The notes: generated by a model not told the origin, from the letters alone. Counted from the whole stretch's first letter, positions 40,368 through 53,934 are shown. The stretch is DNA of 61,324 nt, filler included, from Fonticula-like sp. SCN 57-25 (GCA_001724245.1; 11 parts of 11 records of this genome joined end to end with filler, not necessarily neighbours in it); one strand, 5' to 3'. A program made the numbers and translations.

Positions 40368-41365
40368 ATGTCACAGAGCATTATTGAAAAAGAGTTGTAT
40401 ATTCACGCCATACAACAACCATTGATGCGCGATTCAGCGCACTGCGAAATTATTACGATCGTCCCCCAGTCCGAGGGACCCAAGTGCATGTATTCTGGCA
40501 TCATATCTGAGGAGCACGGTTTCCTGGCACTGCCAAAGGATGTGTGGGAAGCGATGCCAGCGGACCGTTGCCCTTCGTCTCATCAGGCTGGCCTCTACCT
40601 GATGATCGGCAAGAACCGTGATGGGTACTTCACCAACGAGCTATTCATTGAGCACATGACGCGTGCCATGTTCATTCACGAGCATAACTGCCCAGGCAAA
40701 AAGGCCACATTCATGCTTGACTGGATCGGATGCCACCGCAAGGCAGACCCAAGCGCCATCGACGCGACCAAGATGAATGTTGGCGAGAACGGGAAGCAGC
40801 CTTTGTACGGGACGACGGTGTACGAAAGCGCGCAGGGGCCAGTGGAGCAATACATTGGGCGGAAGGGGATGCGCAGGGTGTTGGAAGAGAGGGCGTCGAC
40901 GTGATGGCGCTCAGGAGCAAGTCCGACATGGTGAACGCAATGCGAGCGATTGAGGATGTCGCAAACCATCCGCCTCCGCTCGTGGAAACCCTCGTGCAGG
41001 CTCGTGGACACAGAGTAGTCTGGATCCACAAGTATCACTGCGAGCTGAACCCGATCGAGCTCGCGTAAGGCATTGCCAAGCGGCTCTACCGGTACGCGAT
41101 GGGCTCGCTGCCAAACATGCGCGCGCTTGTGCCGCGAATGCTAGCGGCCATCGACGTGACCACCATTCGTCGATTCGCTCGGCGCTGTCGCGACTTTGCT
41201 CGCGCGTACCACAAGGAAGGTGAGCGTAGCCACATCCTCAGCTCTCAGCAGCTCGAGAGGGCGAGGAAAGTCTACAAGTCTCACAGGCGCATTTTACAGA
41301 GCACGCTCCATCGCGAGCTGAACGTAGGGCGGATGACGAGCTACCTGGCCAGACAATTGAGGTAA
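40368..41365 (+). pseudogene. Degenerate IS630/Tc1-type (DDE_3-like) transposase
   Basis: GKNRDGYFT, FMLD, KMNVGENGKQP, KGMRRVLEER and GHRVVWIHKYHCELNPIE. Frameshift near 40890; TAA at 41066-41068 where Trp is expected; no N-terminal DNA-binding region recognised. Confidence 0.72.
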
Positions 41366-41716
41366 TCGCCAACGACGGAGGTGACGACGGAAGCAAGGAG
41401 AAGACGATAACACCAGTGGTGACGCCTAGCAGATGGCAGGCTGCCAGAATGCTGCTTGTGCTTGCGTGATCATTTCCAGGTCCTCTCGCAGTGATCTGCT
41501 TGGTTGGATGAGACGTTTTCCATTTTCTCATCTGGTGAGACGATTTCTGCATTGGCTCACTTTGCTTTTTCAAGCCATAAAACCACGAAAAACACCCAAA
41601 AACACGTAAAATATGACTAAACACACAAAAACCATAATAAATACCCACTAAAACCAATGATAAAAAACGATAAAACTGCTTCATTTTTAATTTCTTTTCT
41701 GTACAAACACTTTTCC

Positions 41717-44105
41717 TCACCGCCTGTAGTACGCATCCTGCCCATACGCCCCCTGCTGCTGCTGCGGCTGCTGCTGCTGCGCGTACGCCTGCGCGTAATA
41801 CCCCCCGTACTGCTGGTCGTACTGCTGCGGGTACTGCTGCCCATACGCCGGCTGCCCATACGCCGGCTGCGCGTACCCACCCGCGTACATCTGCTGCGGC
41901 GGGTACGCCGGGTACTGCTGCTGCTGCTGAGTCTGCGTCGGCGGCGGCGGCAATGCTGGCGCGTCCGACGCGTGCCGCTTGAACCACTCTGCGACGTCGA
42001 AAAGACGCGGGAAAATGCGGTTGCTCATCGCGTGGCGAAATATGAAGCCCTTGGGGGTGACTGCGACGAATTCAAAGCGGGGGTTGTTTTCCGAGATTTG
42101 GTAGACGATTTCGAGGCTGCCGGTGCGCGCGCGGCTCAGGCAAAAGTAGTATGGGGCGCCGCCAGAAGCAGTTTCGGTGCGGCAGCGGTCCTCTGAAAAA
42201 GAAGAAAGGAAAGGTTAGAGTCATGTAGGGTGGAATCATAAGGATTACAAGGTGAAAAAGCGACAATCAAAAGAAAAAACAACTTAAAAAGGAGTCAAAA
42301 AGGACAATTTCCGTCACTTTAAAGTCAAGAAAAAAAGAAATTTGTTCCAATAATGTCAAAAAAGACACTTTCACCACAACACAATACACTTATCCTTTCT
42401 TCAACCCCCCATCAATTCTATTTTTCTCTTTCGTACCGAGCTGCTCACGTGACGCCACGACATACTTTCTAAACGCAAACGCATCCATATAATGATTCAC
42501 CAGCGGGTCAATGTACCTCGCCAGCAACTCATCCAAGTCATCAAACGACTCGTCCCCAATACGCGACTCGCCCTTAATACGCAACACCTTTCCAATCGTC
42601 CAAGGATGTTTTTTCTGCTCTTCAATAATGTCCACGTGGCGGTACACGTCATCAGATAGCTTGATGGTGGCGGTCAGCTGAGACGCGCCGCGCGTCGACG
42701 GCCGCACGAGGACCGCACCGGTGGCCTGCGAGGCGAGCTCTGATTGGGCCTCTTCCATGGAGCAGTTGCGGAAGCGGGGGTGCGAAAAGACGCGGGAAAC
42801 GAACGGGACGCGATCGGCGGCGGCGCGTTTGCGGCGAGCTAAGAAATGGGTAAGTAGGTGAAGTGAGAGGAAAGGGTGTGAAAAGGCCAGAAATGATCAT
42901 TTTTAGAGTCATTTTAAGAAAAAAAAGAGTCAAAATGACCCATTTAAGAATGAAAATGACCCACTTTAGACACTTTTTGAACACATTTTTGGAACCAAAT
43001 AACCCAATTTGAACACATTTTCCCTCTTTTTCGACCCTTTTCCCACAATATCTTTCCATTTCAACGCACCAGTTTCCTCGTCACGGAGTCTCTGAGCGTT
43101 GTTGTAGTAAGGGAGGTCGGCCAGACGGTCACCCGCACTCATCTTTACGCGGCTGATTCGCTCAGGGGACGCGTCCAACTTGACGCTGAAAATGTCTGCA
43201 TCAATCTAAAAGAACATTGTGTTAGAATAAAGTCGAAAAAGTGCGGAAAAGAACGGTGAAAAAAGCGATAAAAAGTGCCAAAAAAGTGCTAAAAACCACC
43301 AAAAACCATCACAAATCACCAAAAACCAAAACAATTCCCCAGAAAAACACCCACATAATTCCCCAAATTCGTACGTTTGTGACGCAAGCCTCGAGCATTG
43401 CACTCTCCTGCAGCACAACATTCTGCGGCACTCTATCCTCATAAATGCTTCCCGTGAGCCCGTTATCGAGCCTCACAAGGATAAAGTTTTTGCGCTGCTC
43501 GGGGCGCGGCAAGCCAACGACCGTTACGGGAACGATCGCGTCAAGGAAAAAGGACGTGCGTGATTCGCCAGTCAAAAGGTAAAACAGCTTCCATTTGCTG
43601 AAATTCATCATCAGAAATGGTCAGAAAAGGGTCAAAAGTAGATATAAAATAACACAAAAATAGCAAAAAAAAACACAAAAATAATGCGTACTCGATGCGG
43701 CGAAGGACGCGGGCGTCGTGGAAGGGCCACTTGAGCTCGGTGCGGATGTGCTCGAGGGTCGGGAGGCGTTCCCAGCGGTTGCGGCGGCGGAGTTCCTGGG
43801 CAAAGTGGGCAAGCGCAAGCTGGTCAAGCCTAGGAAAAGAGTTGGGAAGGTCAGAAAATTGATTGAAAAAAGGTTGAAAAAAGGTTGGAAAACATCGAAA
43901 AACATCAAAAACACATCAAAAAAGCAACGAAGAACACCCAAAAAGCATCAAAATCACACCAAAAACACCACTCACCATCCCACTAAATTCCACAACGTAC
44001 TTTGAGGTCTCGCCCTTGACTGACCACATGGTCTCCACTTGCGCCGACTGGTTCGCCTCATCCGGCCCCTGATCCAGCTCGAGCGCGTCCGTGACAATCT
44101 TCCTC
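41717..44105 (-). CDS. SPT6: Transcription elongation factor SPT6, C-terminal part (S1 and tandem SH2), multi-exon
   Basis: LFYLLTGES, VRLDNGLTGSI, VFSHPRFRN, VRPSTRGASQLTATIK, FDDLDELLARYIDP, SPKGFIF and WFKRH; Q/Y-rich tail. Confidence 0.87.
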
Positions 44106-44205
44106 NNNNNNNNNNNNNNNNNNNNNNNNNNNNNNNNNNNNNNNNNNNNTTAATTAATTAANNNNNNNNNNNNNNNNNNNNNNNNNNNNNNNNNNNNNNN
44201 NNNNN

Positions 44206-44841
44206 AGGTTGGTCTGCGGCGGCGATGCTGCACAAGGAGAGTTTGTGGTGGGTGGCTCGGACAGCGGCTCTTTCGGTTGTCCTGGCGCCGCTGGTACGCC
44301 GCATTTCTCGTTTTTGAAAGAGGATGCTGACTGTGGCATAGCTTGCTGTTGTGCGTGAGTATCTTCCTCAGATTGAGTGGGGCATCGTGAGCAGTTGCCT
44401 AATCATTATCGCTGCAACCCTTGCTGTTACAATTCTGATCTACCTCAATCTAAGGCGTTCAAGTGCGTTTTGCTTTGTGTTTATCAAATTGATTGACGTC
44501 GCGTGTTTTCAGCATGGGCGAGTAATACATTCATTGTGATGCCCGCTGATCAGGCCGCCGCTTTCGGGCGCTCTAGCGCCATATCCGTGTCGGTCTTGTC
44601 GCACGACATGGCTGAAGTTTGGCGCGTGCTCGTGTGGCTTGCCGTCGGTGCGGTAATAGACATTCTCGTTCTGCACTTTACGGGAAGCGCGGTTGCGCTG
44701 GTGCTGCACACGGGGGAGTGCGCGCTTCTCGCGTCCAGCAGCTCGCTCTTTGAGGCGCATTTGCCGCACCTCTTTGGATCGGACGATGAGGAGATTCGCG
44801 CAACTGTACCGCGCCCGTGGCCCTCCCGGATATTTTTGTAA
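44206..44841 (+). CDS. Unidentified multi-pass membrane protein, C-terminal part
   Basis: Hydrophobic exons linked by GT-AG introns; TAA stop; convergent with HIS2. Confidence 0.4.
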
Positions 44842-44899
44842 TCTAGCATTTTTCAACATAGACATTTTATTATACTTGAGAACGGCCAAACTGCGGCCT

Positions 44900-45896
44900 C
44901 TATGCTTTCGGCAAGGCATCCCAAAAAGCGTGATTTGTGATATCGTCGTACTGCGCAAGCTGCAATCCTTGCCCGTCTCTGCTCCGCCTCAAGGCATAGA
45001 CAGTGTTCACGCCGTGTTCGCGGAGGTAGTCGCGCAGCTCGCGGTACTTTACAGCGACGTGCTCGACGCGGTGGCTATCGTCCGAAAGGGTAAAGCGGCA
45101 GTTCGACCGCATGAGAACGGCCAGCGTATCTGCCATGGGGTACGGTCCGGGAAGCCCCTTGCGAAGCCCGGAAGAGTTCAGTTCTACGAGAGCGCCGATC
45201 TCGGCCACAAACTTGGCGTTGCGCTCGATCTTTTGGAGCACTTTAGCGCTCCACGTGCTCGACGGCCGAAACAGGCGGATAAGGTCAAAATGGCCAACGA
45301 CGTTGGGCCTGACGGCTTGAAGCATGTCGTACTGAAGATCAAAGTACGCGCAGAAGAGCGACTCGAGGTCGCCGCCGAGGTTCGCGAGCGCACGATCAAA
45401 GAGCTCTGGTGAAAAGTCGATCGGGATCCCGTTGACGTGGTGCACCGAACCAACGAGGTAGTCAAGCTGGAACTGATCTCTTACGAGCTTCGTTTGCGAA
45501 AGACTCTCGCCTACCAACCGGTCGGTGAGCCGCGCCAGATCAACTGCGCCACCGCACCATAAATGGATTCGGTTTCGCCACCGACTAGGATCTCGATCGA
45601 GTCCGCATATTTAGCCTGCAATGCTCGAGCAAGCTTGACATACTCGGCAAACGTCTCACTGAGCGCTGCCGGAGTAACGCCTTCAGCCACCTGATCGATT
45701 ACGTGTCAGCGATGGCGCGGTCAAGATCGAGACGCGCCTCCTCCTCATAAAGGTCTTCTGTTCGATACCGCGGCATGTGCTCCGACAGGCCAAACACCTC
45801 CATGTTCCTCTCTATCGCCGACCGTACCATGCTCTCGAGATCCCCCGACGCATGCTTGCAAAACTGGCCGCTGTGGCTGTGTAACGAAATGGGCAT
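44900..45896 (-). CDS. HIS2: PHP-family histidinol-phosphatase (HisJ/His2), multi-exon
   Basis: SLHSHSGQFCKHA, GLSEHMPR, DYLVGSVHHV, VVGHFDLIR, ELNSSGLRKG and LSDDSH. Confidence 0.92.
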
Positions 45897-46083
45897 CGCT
45901 CAAATGCTGACACACTGTTGGTGCATCAACAATGAACTCTAGCTATGAACGTGATGCGCAGCACTCTACACAAATACCACGAAAAAGTTGTATGGCCATA
46001 GTAACTTGCGTTAGGCTAATGAAAAAAAGCTGCAGGATAATTGTTTATTGCTACATGAACCATTGTACACTTGATCAATCCCT

Positions 46084-48414
46084 TCACATGCGCTGGCGCT
46101 TGCCCACGCCCTGAGGTGCGGGCCGCGCGTTGGCCGTAGCCTTGCGCTTCACGTTGGCCACCAGCGAAGCCAGTGACCGGTCGCGGGGCTCGTTGTCGCC
46201 AGTGGAAACAGGCACGTCCTCCTGCGCCCCAGAGCTCTTCTGGCGCCGCTGGCGCTCCTCGACGACCGACTGCATCGCCTTGGTCTTTTTGAACTGCGGC
46301 GCGCTGGGGTCGAGCGCGAACAGATGGCTATCGTACAGCGCAGAGAAACGCTCATCCTTGAGGTTGATCTTAAAGTCGTCCTTGGCGGCGTCCGCAAGGC
46401 GCTCGCGGTCCTTGGCCTTGATCTTCTTGCCCTCGACGCGCTGCGCCTTCATGATATCGCGCATGTTAAAGTGCTTGGCACCGGCAGCAATGCCCGCAGA
46501 AGAAGAATCGCCAGTGTCGAGCGTGAGCAGCTCCAGCTCGGCCTTCTTGACCGCATCCTCCTCGGAGGGACGCTTGGACTTGCCCTTGCCAGACTTTTCC
46601 TTCTTCTTTGACTCGCCCTTGGGCCGCGCCGCATCAACAAAGTCGTCACCGAGCTCTGCGCGGATCATGGCCTCCTCCTCCGAGTCCATGTCGCCGCCGC
46701 GCTCGCCTTCCTCGCCGGCGGCCGCCTCGCGAGCAGCGCGGCGCTTCTCGCGCCTCTTGTCCTTCTTGCGCTCGAGGTATTGCTCCCAAATAGTCTGGTC
46801 CGCCGTACGCTGCACCCATCGACCGTTAGACAATCAATCAGCAAACAAGGTAAACGTACATTCTTCTTCTTCTTCTCCTTGACAAGCTTGTCGGCGACGC
46901 CCGAAAGGCCGGCCGTAAAGGTGATTTCCATCTCCTCTTCGGGCTCCTCCTTTGCGGAAATCTCAGACAGCAGCGAGCGGTAGGCGTCGCGCTTCTTTGA
47001 CTTTAGCTTGACCTCCTCGCCGTCCTCGTCGCTGTCCTGGACCGTCTCGATGGGGCCGTCGTCGTCGTCGTCGTCAGAGTCGTCCGAATTCGCCAAGTAC
47101 GCCTCAAAGTCCATCTTTTTGATATCCTCCTTGTTGAACTTGCGCTTGGTCACCTGGACGCGTTCGTGGTCCTCGGCCTCCCACGTGAGCTCCGGGTTGG
47201 AGTGGCGGAGCGCCTTGGTCGTGAACACGGCCGGCTGGTAGTTTTGCGGCAGGTGCGAGGCGGTATCGCGCGGCTCGTCGTCAAACGTAACATCGTCCGG
47301 GATAAAGCGCAAATCAATCAGGTTCCCCGAGGACTCAAACTCGAGGCCGTTGCACTCGTCGTAGAGGTGCTTGGCGGTCTCGACGCTGTTGCATTCAACG
47401 ACCGCGTAGTAGTACCGAAGACGCTCGAGCTGGTACTTGCGGATGCGGGCCAGCTCAACGGGCCCGAGCTTGGAGGTCTCCACTTCGCCAACCATGCGCG
47501 ACACGTGGTGCTTCTGGGCGCGCTTCAGCTCCTTCATGCGAGACTCCTCCTTGCTGATCGCGTCCAGCTCGGCCGCGTCGTCCGTCACGGTGGCACCAAA
47601 GACTTCCTTCGGAGGGCCGTACTTTTCCTCGTGCTCGAGGCGCTCCTTGCCAAACTCGGAAGGGTACACGGTAACAAGCTTGACCGAGCCACCAGTAGGG
47701 CAGAATGACGAAAGCAGCACATAAAGGTTGACCGCACGGACATTGTCCCAGTCCATGTTGACCAGGGCAAGCCGCTTGGTGGCGTCTCCAAGAGGCACGT
47801 CAACGCGGTCCTATAACAAAATGTCTAAGTAAAAGAAAAATGGCATTTCCAAAGCGCACCAGCAAAGCGTCCTCCTCGGCTGTGATCATGTTCTCCTCGT
47901 CGGCCTCCTCCTCGTCGAAGTCATCGTCCGTTTCGTCCGACTCTTCCAGGCCCTCACCACGCGCACGATCAATAAACGACGCAGGCATGCCAGAACCCTC
48001 CTCCTCTTCCTCTTCCTCCTCCTCGTCGCTGTCCTGCTGGGCATCGCTTTCGACTTCCTCGCTCTCCCACTCGCCGGCGTCATCCTCATCGGCGACCTGC
48101 TCCTCTTCCTCGGCATCGCTGTCCTCCTCCTCGTCATCGTCGTCAAGACGGTAAAGACGCTTCATGTCCTCCGAGCGCTTGCTCTGCAGCGGGCGGCCAT
48201 ACTTGTCGACCCGCGGCGCGGCCTTGTCGCCCGCAAAGTCGGCGTCCTCAAACATGCTCTTGAAGCGCTCGTCCACCTTCACCTTCATGTCCTTCTTTGG
48301 TGCACGCTGAAAACGCGGGTCCTTGTGCACGCGCGCAAACCGCGAGTCCTGGACCACCTCAGTCTGCTGAGGCTGCGGCCTTTTGGGCTTGACATCCTTA
48401 CCCGGGCGACCCAT
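46084..48414 (-). CDS. ESF1: Pre-rRNA-processing protein ESF1, 3 exons
   Basis: DSRFARVHKDPRF, TKRLALVNMDWDNV, VYPSEFGKERL, YQLERLRYYYAVVEC and the NUC153 motif DERFSALY..FALDPS. Confidence 0.93.
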
Positions 48415-48712
48415 GGTGCGGTGCTCCTGCGCTCGCGTGGCCGATGCTGACTGCGCAAGTACGTGAAAATCACAGGTGAAATCGCATGTGATTGATGAGC
48501 CACTTCGCTGATTTTTCGCTGATTTTCTGATTCCCTCCTGACGCGCTGCTGATTAATCGTTTCTCGCTCCTGCCAGGTTTTCGACGACGCGTGGGTCCCC
48601 TCTCCAGAGTGTCCTTGCCGCCGACGCCACGCTAGAAGCCGAGCTCGATATTCTTTTACCCGCGATAGTTTAACGTATTACCCCTTTATCTGGTGGCTTT
48701 CTTGCCGCATCA

Positions 48713-49601
48713 ATGGATAACCGTACGCCTCTCAGACCATTTCCTTGCAATGAGGTGGACGTCATCTAACGCTCTCGTGCTTTGCACTGGTCTTTCGCGC
48801 GCTTTTCTTGTTAATTCTCGCTCTCTTGATCTTTCTTTTGTTTTATGACACAGAGGAGCACTCTGAGGGACATGGCGGCAACGAGCCTACTGTCGTGCCT
48901 GCCTCGCAGAAGAGCAGCTTCATCAGCTTTATGAAGACGGTACGTGCTTGCGTCACTCATTCGGATTGTGTCATGCGTACTGACTGCTGCTTGCAAGATT
49001 GCGACTACGTCGTCGGACCTGCATACGCTGTCGTGCCCCGCGTTCCTCTTGGAGGGCCAGTCCACCCTTGAACTGTTCCGCTCGTTTGCTGAGGCCCCCG
49101 CACCGTTCCTTAAGCTGGCCACCACCACCGACGAGGGCGGTACGCAGCCGGAATCCCCGCTTTCGCCCGCGAATGCTAACCTATCGGGCCGTAGAGCGCA
49201 TGCTTGCTGTTGTGGCGTGGTGGATCAACAACCAATGGCACAGCTACGGGTCGCCGTTCTCGGGCGGCCGCGCAGTCAAGAAGCCCTACAACCCTATCCT
49301 CGGTGAGCAGTTTACGTGCCACTGGGAGGACCCGGAGGGCGGCAAGACTGAGCTGCTGGCCGAGCAGGGTGCGTCAATGTTTTATTTTGTTTGCAAGGAA
49401 GCTCACCTTTGCGATAGTGTCGCATCACCCGCCGATGAGCGCCTGCTTTGTCAAGAACGAAAAGCTCCAAATTTACCTCAACTCGTCCATCGTCTCCAAG
49501 ACGCGCTTCCGCGGCACCGCCATCAAGGTGGAGAACTTGGGCCACACAACGGTACGGCTGCCCAAGTACAAGGAGGAGTACCGCATGACCAACCCCGACG
49601 T
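48713..49601 (+). CDS. Short oxysterol-binding protein (Kes1/Osh4-like), 3'-truncated
   Basis: DLHTLSCPAFLL, KKPYNPILGEQF and the signature AEQ|VSHHPP. Confidence 0.9.
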
Positions 49602-49701
49602 NNNNNNNNNNNNNNNNNNNNNNNNNNNNNNNNNNNNNNNNNNNNTTAATTAATTAANNNNNNNNNNNNNNNNNNNNNNNNNNNNNNNNNNNNNNNNNNN
49701 N

Positions 49702-50120
49702 ACGCTGCCGAATGTAAAGGAAATGATGATTAGCAGGCACTGGTAAAAGTCCCAGTAGTCTGGCGTTTCGCCGACCAATGCAGTGGCCATGCGCGTCGTC
49801 AATCCCGTCATGTGTGTCACAGCGCGCGCATACGACGACGTCAAAAACGACGCGTTAATATAGCCCGCCACCATCGTCAAGCCCACGCCGCCAATCAGCA
49901 CGGGCACGAAATCACGCCGGCCGCGAATCGATGGCGGCGCAGAGGGCGCCGTCGACGCCTCTGTAAGTACGGGCGTCACCGCCGGCGACGGCGGCGTGGT
50001 AGGAACCGGGCTCGCGTCCTCCTTGCCCGACGAGATCGATTTCATCTCCATTTCTTCCGACGTCATCTTTGCGGCAGGGCGGGGTGATCCCAGCGGGGAC
50101 TCCGTTCGCGTGCGAGGCAT
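49702..50120 (-). CDS. YoaK/DUF1275-family membrane protein, N-terminal part
   Basis: LTMVAGYINA..VTHMTGLTT..ISFTFGS pattern. Confidence 0.72.
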
Positions 50121-50610
50121 CTCCCTCTAACAAAAAGTCCAAAGCGCGCAAATTCTCCGCTCAAAGCACCAAACGCCAAGCGACGCGCTAGACAAAGACC
50201 GCAGCGGCCCCAATAAAGAACAATGCGAAGCAACGCGCCCCTTTTCCTCCTAGGCCGCCTTTGCTTTGCTTGGCTGCGCTGCAGGTGACCAACTTATCGA
50301 ATGACTTTAAAACTTGGTCTGAGCCCACGTGGACGCTTATCGGGCCAATCAGGTGCGTGCATTTCCAGAGTTTGGCAGATCGAAGCATTGTAGGAATCGC
50401 GTCGAGGCTTCCGCGAAGCGGGTCGCGCGGTGGGCTGAAAATAATGCATTTTTCGCCAAAAAGGGCAATAAAGCCATCTGGCTTTCATTATTCATGTTAT
50501 GGCATTGCTTTCTGTCTGAAAAGAGGCGCTGTATTTGTAAACGCCATTTCCTTATGATCGAGCAAGCAGAAATTACATATAAAATCTCCGGCAAAGGCAG
50601 AGTCGGTGCA

Positions 50611-51570
50611 TTAAATAGTATGGAGGCGTTCAACTTGGTACATTTTGAGGGCATGCTTTCCCGCGGGTGTCGCGCGGAGCCGCTCGCAGAGCGACGCGAA
50701 TTCGGCGGGCAGATCGTTCGGTCCAGGGAGGTAGCTGCCATAGTTTGGGCACGCGAGCACTGCGCACACAAAGTGAGTCATTTTTACTCTAGTTTTACTT
50801 TCAAATGAGCAATGGGTCGTACGCGGTGCTGCGAGGGAAGAAAAAGTGAGATCTGCCGCGGTGAATGCGTCGCCGCAGATGTACTGCCGCCCGTCGGACA
50901 GCCGCTCCGACACCTGATCAAAGATGTCGTCCACGTACTCGAGCGATCGCGCGTAGTTCTTGCGGTTGATGCCGAGCGCCTTGCGCATGAGCCACCGGAC
51001 GGCGGGGAAGCAGGTGAACAGCACCGCCTTTTCCCAGAGCGGCACGCGATCCGTGAGCGTCTTGTAGCAGAGGCTCGAGTCGAGTAGGTGAAAGTAGCAC
51101 AGCACGCGCACGCCAAAGCCCAGCCGGCGATTGAAGAGCGATTCCCACTCTTCAATCTCGCTCGCCACAGAGGGGGGGTAAAGACGCTGCGTGGCGGGCG
51201 CGAACGAGTCGACAAACTTTAAAATGTCGCCAGAGTCCAAAAGGCGCTGCAATGAATGGCCAGAGAGATCCAGAACAAAGACACGATCAGTCCCATACAA
51301 CTCAAGCAAATATATGCATACCGTTGTCCTGCTCTGAAAGATCGGCGTTGTGTTGCGCTTGCGCAGCAGCCACCACACTGGCAGCATGTGCGTCAGGGGA
51401 GCATGCCGGTCCTCCTTGTACGGGAGCTGGTAGCGATCGAGCGCCCAGCGCGCCTTTTCGCAATAGTGCGACACGCCAATAGTCACAAGCCGCCCTGAAG
51501 AGGCGCTGCTGGACGTGCTATAGAATGCAGCGCGCGCCTGCCTCGTCGGCGTCAACCTCGCTGCGGCCAT
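50611..51570 (-). CDS. Glutathione S-transferase-like protein with a putative mitochondrial presequence, 3 exons
   Basis: LVTIGVSHYCEKARWALD, LLDSGDILKF and YICGDAFTAADLTFSSL. Confidence 0.78.
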   Translation of the reverse strand: MAAARLTPTRQARAAFYSTSSSASSGRLVTIGVSHYCEKARWALDRYQLPYKEDRHAPLTHMLPVWWLLRKRNTTPIFQSRTTVCIYLLELYGTDRVFVLDLSGHSLQRLLDSGDILKFVDSFAPATQRLYPPSVASEIEEWESLFNRRLGFGVRVLCYFHLLDSSLCYKTLTDRVPLWEKAVLFTCFPAVRWLMRKALGINRKNYARSLEYVDDIFDQVSERLSDGRQYICGDAFTAADLTFSSLAAPRTTHCSFESKTRVKMTHFVCAVLACPNYGSYLPGPNDLPAEFASLCERLRATPAGKHALKMYQVERLHTI

Positions 51571-52076
51571 CCCTCCGGTTGACCTGCTGTTTACCGCAGG
51601 TTTTGAAAGGCTGACACAATTTCTTCACATGAAGAATTCTCTTGTTTTGTGAATGATTCGCGGTTGTATCTCGCAGTGTATCTCGCATTGTGATTGGTGG
51701 ACCACCGTCAAAACACTGACTCATCATGATCGTTGACCATTGTCAGTGCAGAGTGGTTAGTTGATTAGCGTCGCTGCAGGTGAGCCGCCTGTACGAGAGC
51801 GTGGGGAAGGCTACAGCGTGTCGTCACGCACCTGGAGATCTCTGCTTTGAGCGCATATCAAGCGGGTTTCGGTCTGGGCTATTTGAAACGTGCCTTTGAA
51901 GTAGGTTAAGTCGGGACGTTTGCTTGAGAGCAGATCTTTTTCCTGATTCGATCCGCAGCCTTTCTGGACAAATTCCTCTTTCATCGACGCCGGTCACGAC
52001 GAGCAATCTCGGCTTCTTGTCACCTCTCTTTTCTCTTTCTTGCTCGCTCGCGTTCTAGTCGGTGACGAAAGGGAGA

Positions 52077-53934
52077 ATGGGGCAAATTTTATCTTCCCCG
52101 ATCACTGAAAAGCACACGACAGCGGGCGGCAATGGCGACGTTGAGTATGCGGCATCGAGCATGCAGGGTTGGCGAGTGTGTATCCGCTCAATACAAAGAC
52201 TTTATTCGTGTTTATAGTCGTGTTGTGTTGTACTGTATTGTGCAATGCGCGTGTTTTGCTTCGTTTACATTATGATCCCCTCCCATTTGTTGGTTTCCTT
52301 GACTCTTTTCCCTAGCCATGGAGGATGCGCACACAACTCTCCTCGACTTTCTTCAGAACCAAGGCGTGCACTTTTTCGCCGTGTACGACGGCCACGGCGG
52401 CAGCGCCGTCGCCAAGTTCGCCGGCGCCAATACACACAAGATCCTCGCCAAGGAGCCCGCATTCGCCGAGGGCAAGCATGCCGAGGCCCTCGTGAGCGCC
52501 TTCCTCAACATGGACAATGCGATCCGCGTCGGTTCGTCACGCCTATTTCAGTATTTATGTCTATTTTATGCTCACTTTGCCCCTCTTTTCCCTATCATTT
52601 TTTCTGCTTTCCCTTTCACGCAGATCCAAAGTGTATAATTGACATGTCGGGATGCACGGCCGTCGTCGGGCTCCTGACCTCGTCCAAGGTGATCGTCGCC
52701 AACGCCGGCGACTCGCGCGCCATCATCTCCTGCAAGGGTGTCGCCAAGGCGCTCTCGTACGACCACAAGCCGCAGAATCCCGGTACGCATCGCGCGCCAT
52801 GCCGCATTCGGCTGACCATGATGATGATGCAGAGGAGTCAAGGAGAATCAGCAAGGCGGGCGGGTTCGTGCAGTATGGCCGCGTCAATGGTGCGCATTTT
52901 AAATATAAATTGCTTATGTTGCTCATGAATACTTGAAGGAAACCTTGCTTTGTCGCGCGCGATGGGCGATTTCTCGTTCAAGAAGAACCAGAATCTTCCC
53001 CCTCAGGAGCAGATGGTGACTGGTGCGCATTTCACCTCTTTATAAATATGCTTTTTGTGTCAATACTTTTTCACTTAATATTTTCTTTTGTGGGTGTTTT
53101 CTCTTTTTGTGTCGATATTTTTCCTCTATTTTATGAGCATTTTCTCTCTCTACATGTATATTCCTTTGTTTATGTCGATGATTCCCGCCACTTTCCCATA
53201 ACTTTCCCGCCACTTTCCCGTTCATTTCCCCCCTTTTAACCTCTTTTTTCTCCTTAGTCAACCCCGACATTATTGAGCACACCATCTCCCCCACCGACGA
53301 GTTCATTGTCCTCGCCTGCGACGGCATCTGGGACTGCATGACCAACCAAGAGGTCGTCGAGTTCATCCGCCCGCGCATCGCCTCTGGCACTCCCCTCTCC
53401 CAGATCGCCGAGGAAATCCTCGACCACTGCCTTGTCCCCGAGACCGACACGATGGGCATCGGCTGCGACAACATGTCCATCATCATCGTCTCGCTCGGCG
53501 CCGAAGCCGACGTGCGCGCGCGCTGCGCCGAGCCCGCCGACCCCGTCCCGCTCTCGGCGCTGATCCCCATGGCCGACATGTCTTCGCCGTTGTCGCCGCC
53601 GGAAGAAGAGACGCTCGCCGCGCGCGCCGTGTCGGTGACGCACTCGACGACCGAGACGCACTCGGTGACGCACTCGGCGACGCACACGCACACGTCGCAC
53701 TCGACGACCAGCTCGGTGTCGGTGAGCGTGCCGGGGGGGCGCGACCCGGCGTTCGTGGACGCGGTGCTGGCTAGCTTGGAGCCGCACGCGGACCCGAGTC
53801 TGTTGAGGCGCGCGCTGTATGCGCAGCACAGCTACGAGGATGAGGAGGCGGAAGAGTCGGAAGATGTCGAGGAAGATGATGAGAAGGATGGGCCCAAGGT
53901 AGAAGAGATCGTGGAAGATGGCGATATTATGTAG
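52077..53934 (+). CDS. PP2C/PPM phosphatase (Ptc2/Ptc3-like), multi-exon
   Basis: [56 protein letters not shown] and GCDNMS; TAG stop. Confidence 0.93.

Noticed and set aside
48460-48556. GATGAG (PAC-like) and repeated TGATT motifs upstream of ESF1
   Set aside because: Short motifs with imperfect matches; not distinguishable from chance without a genome-wide analysis.
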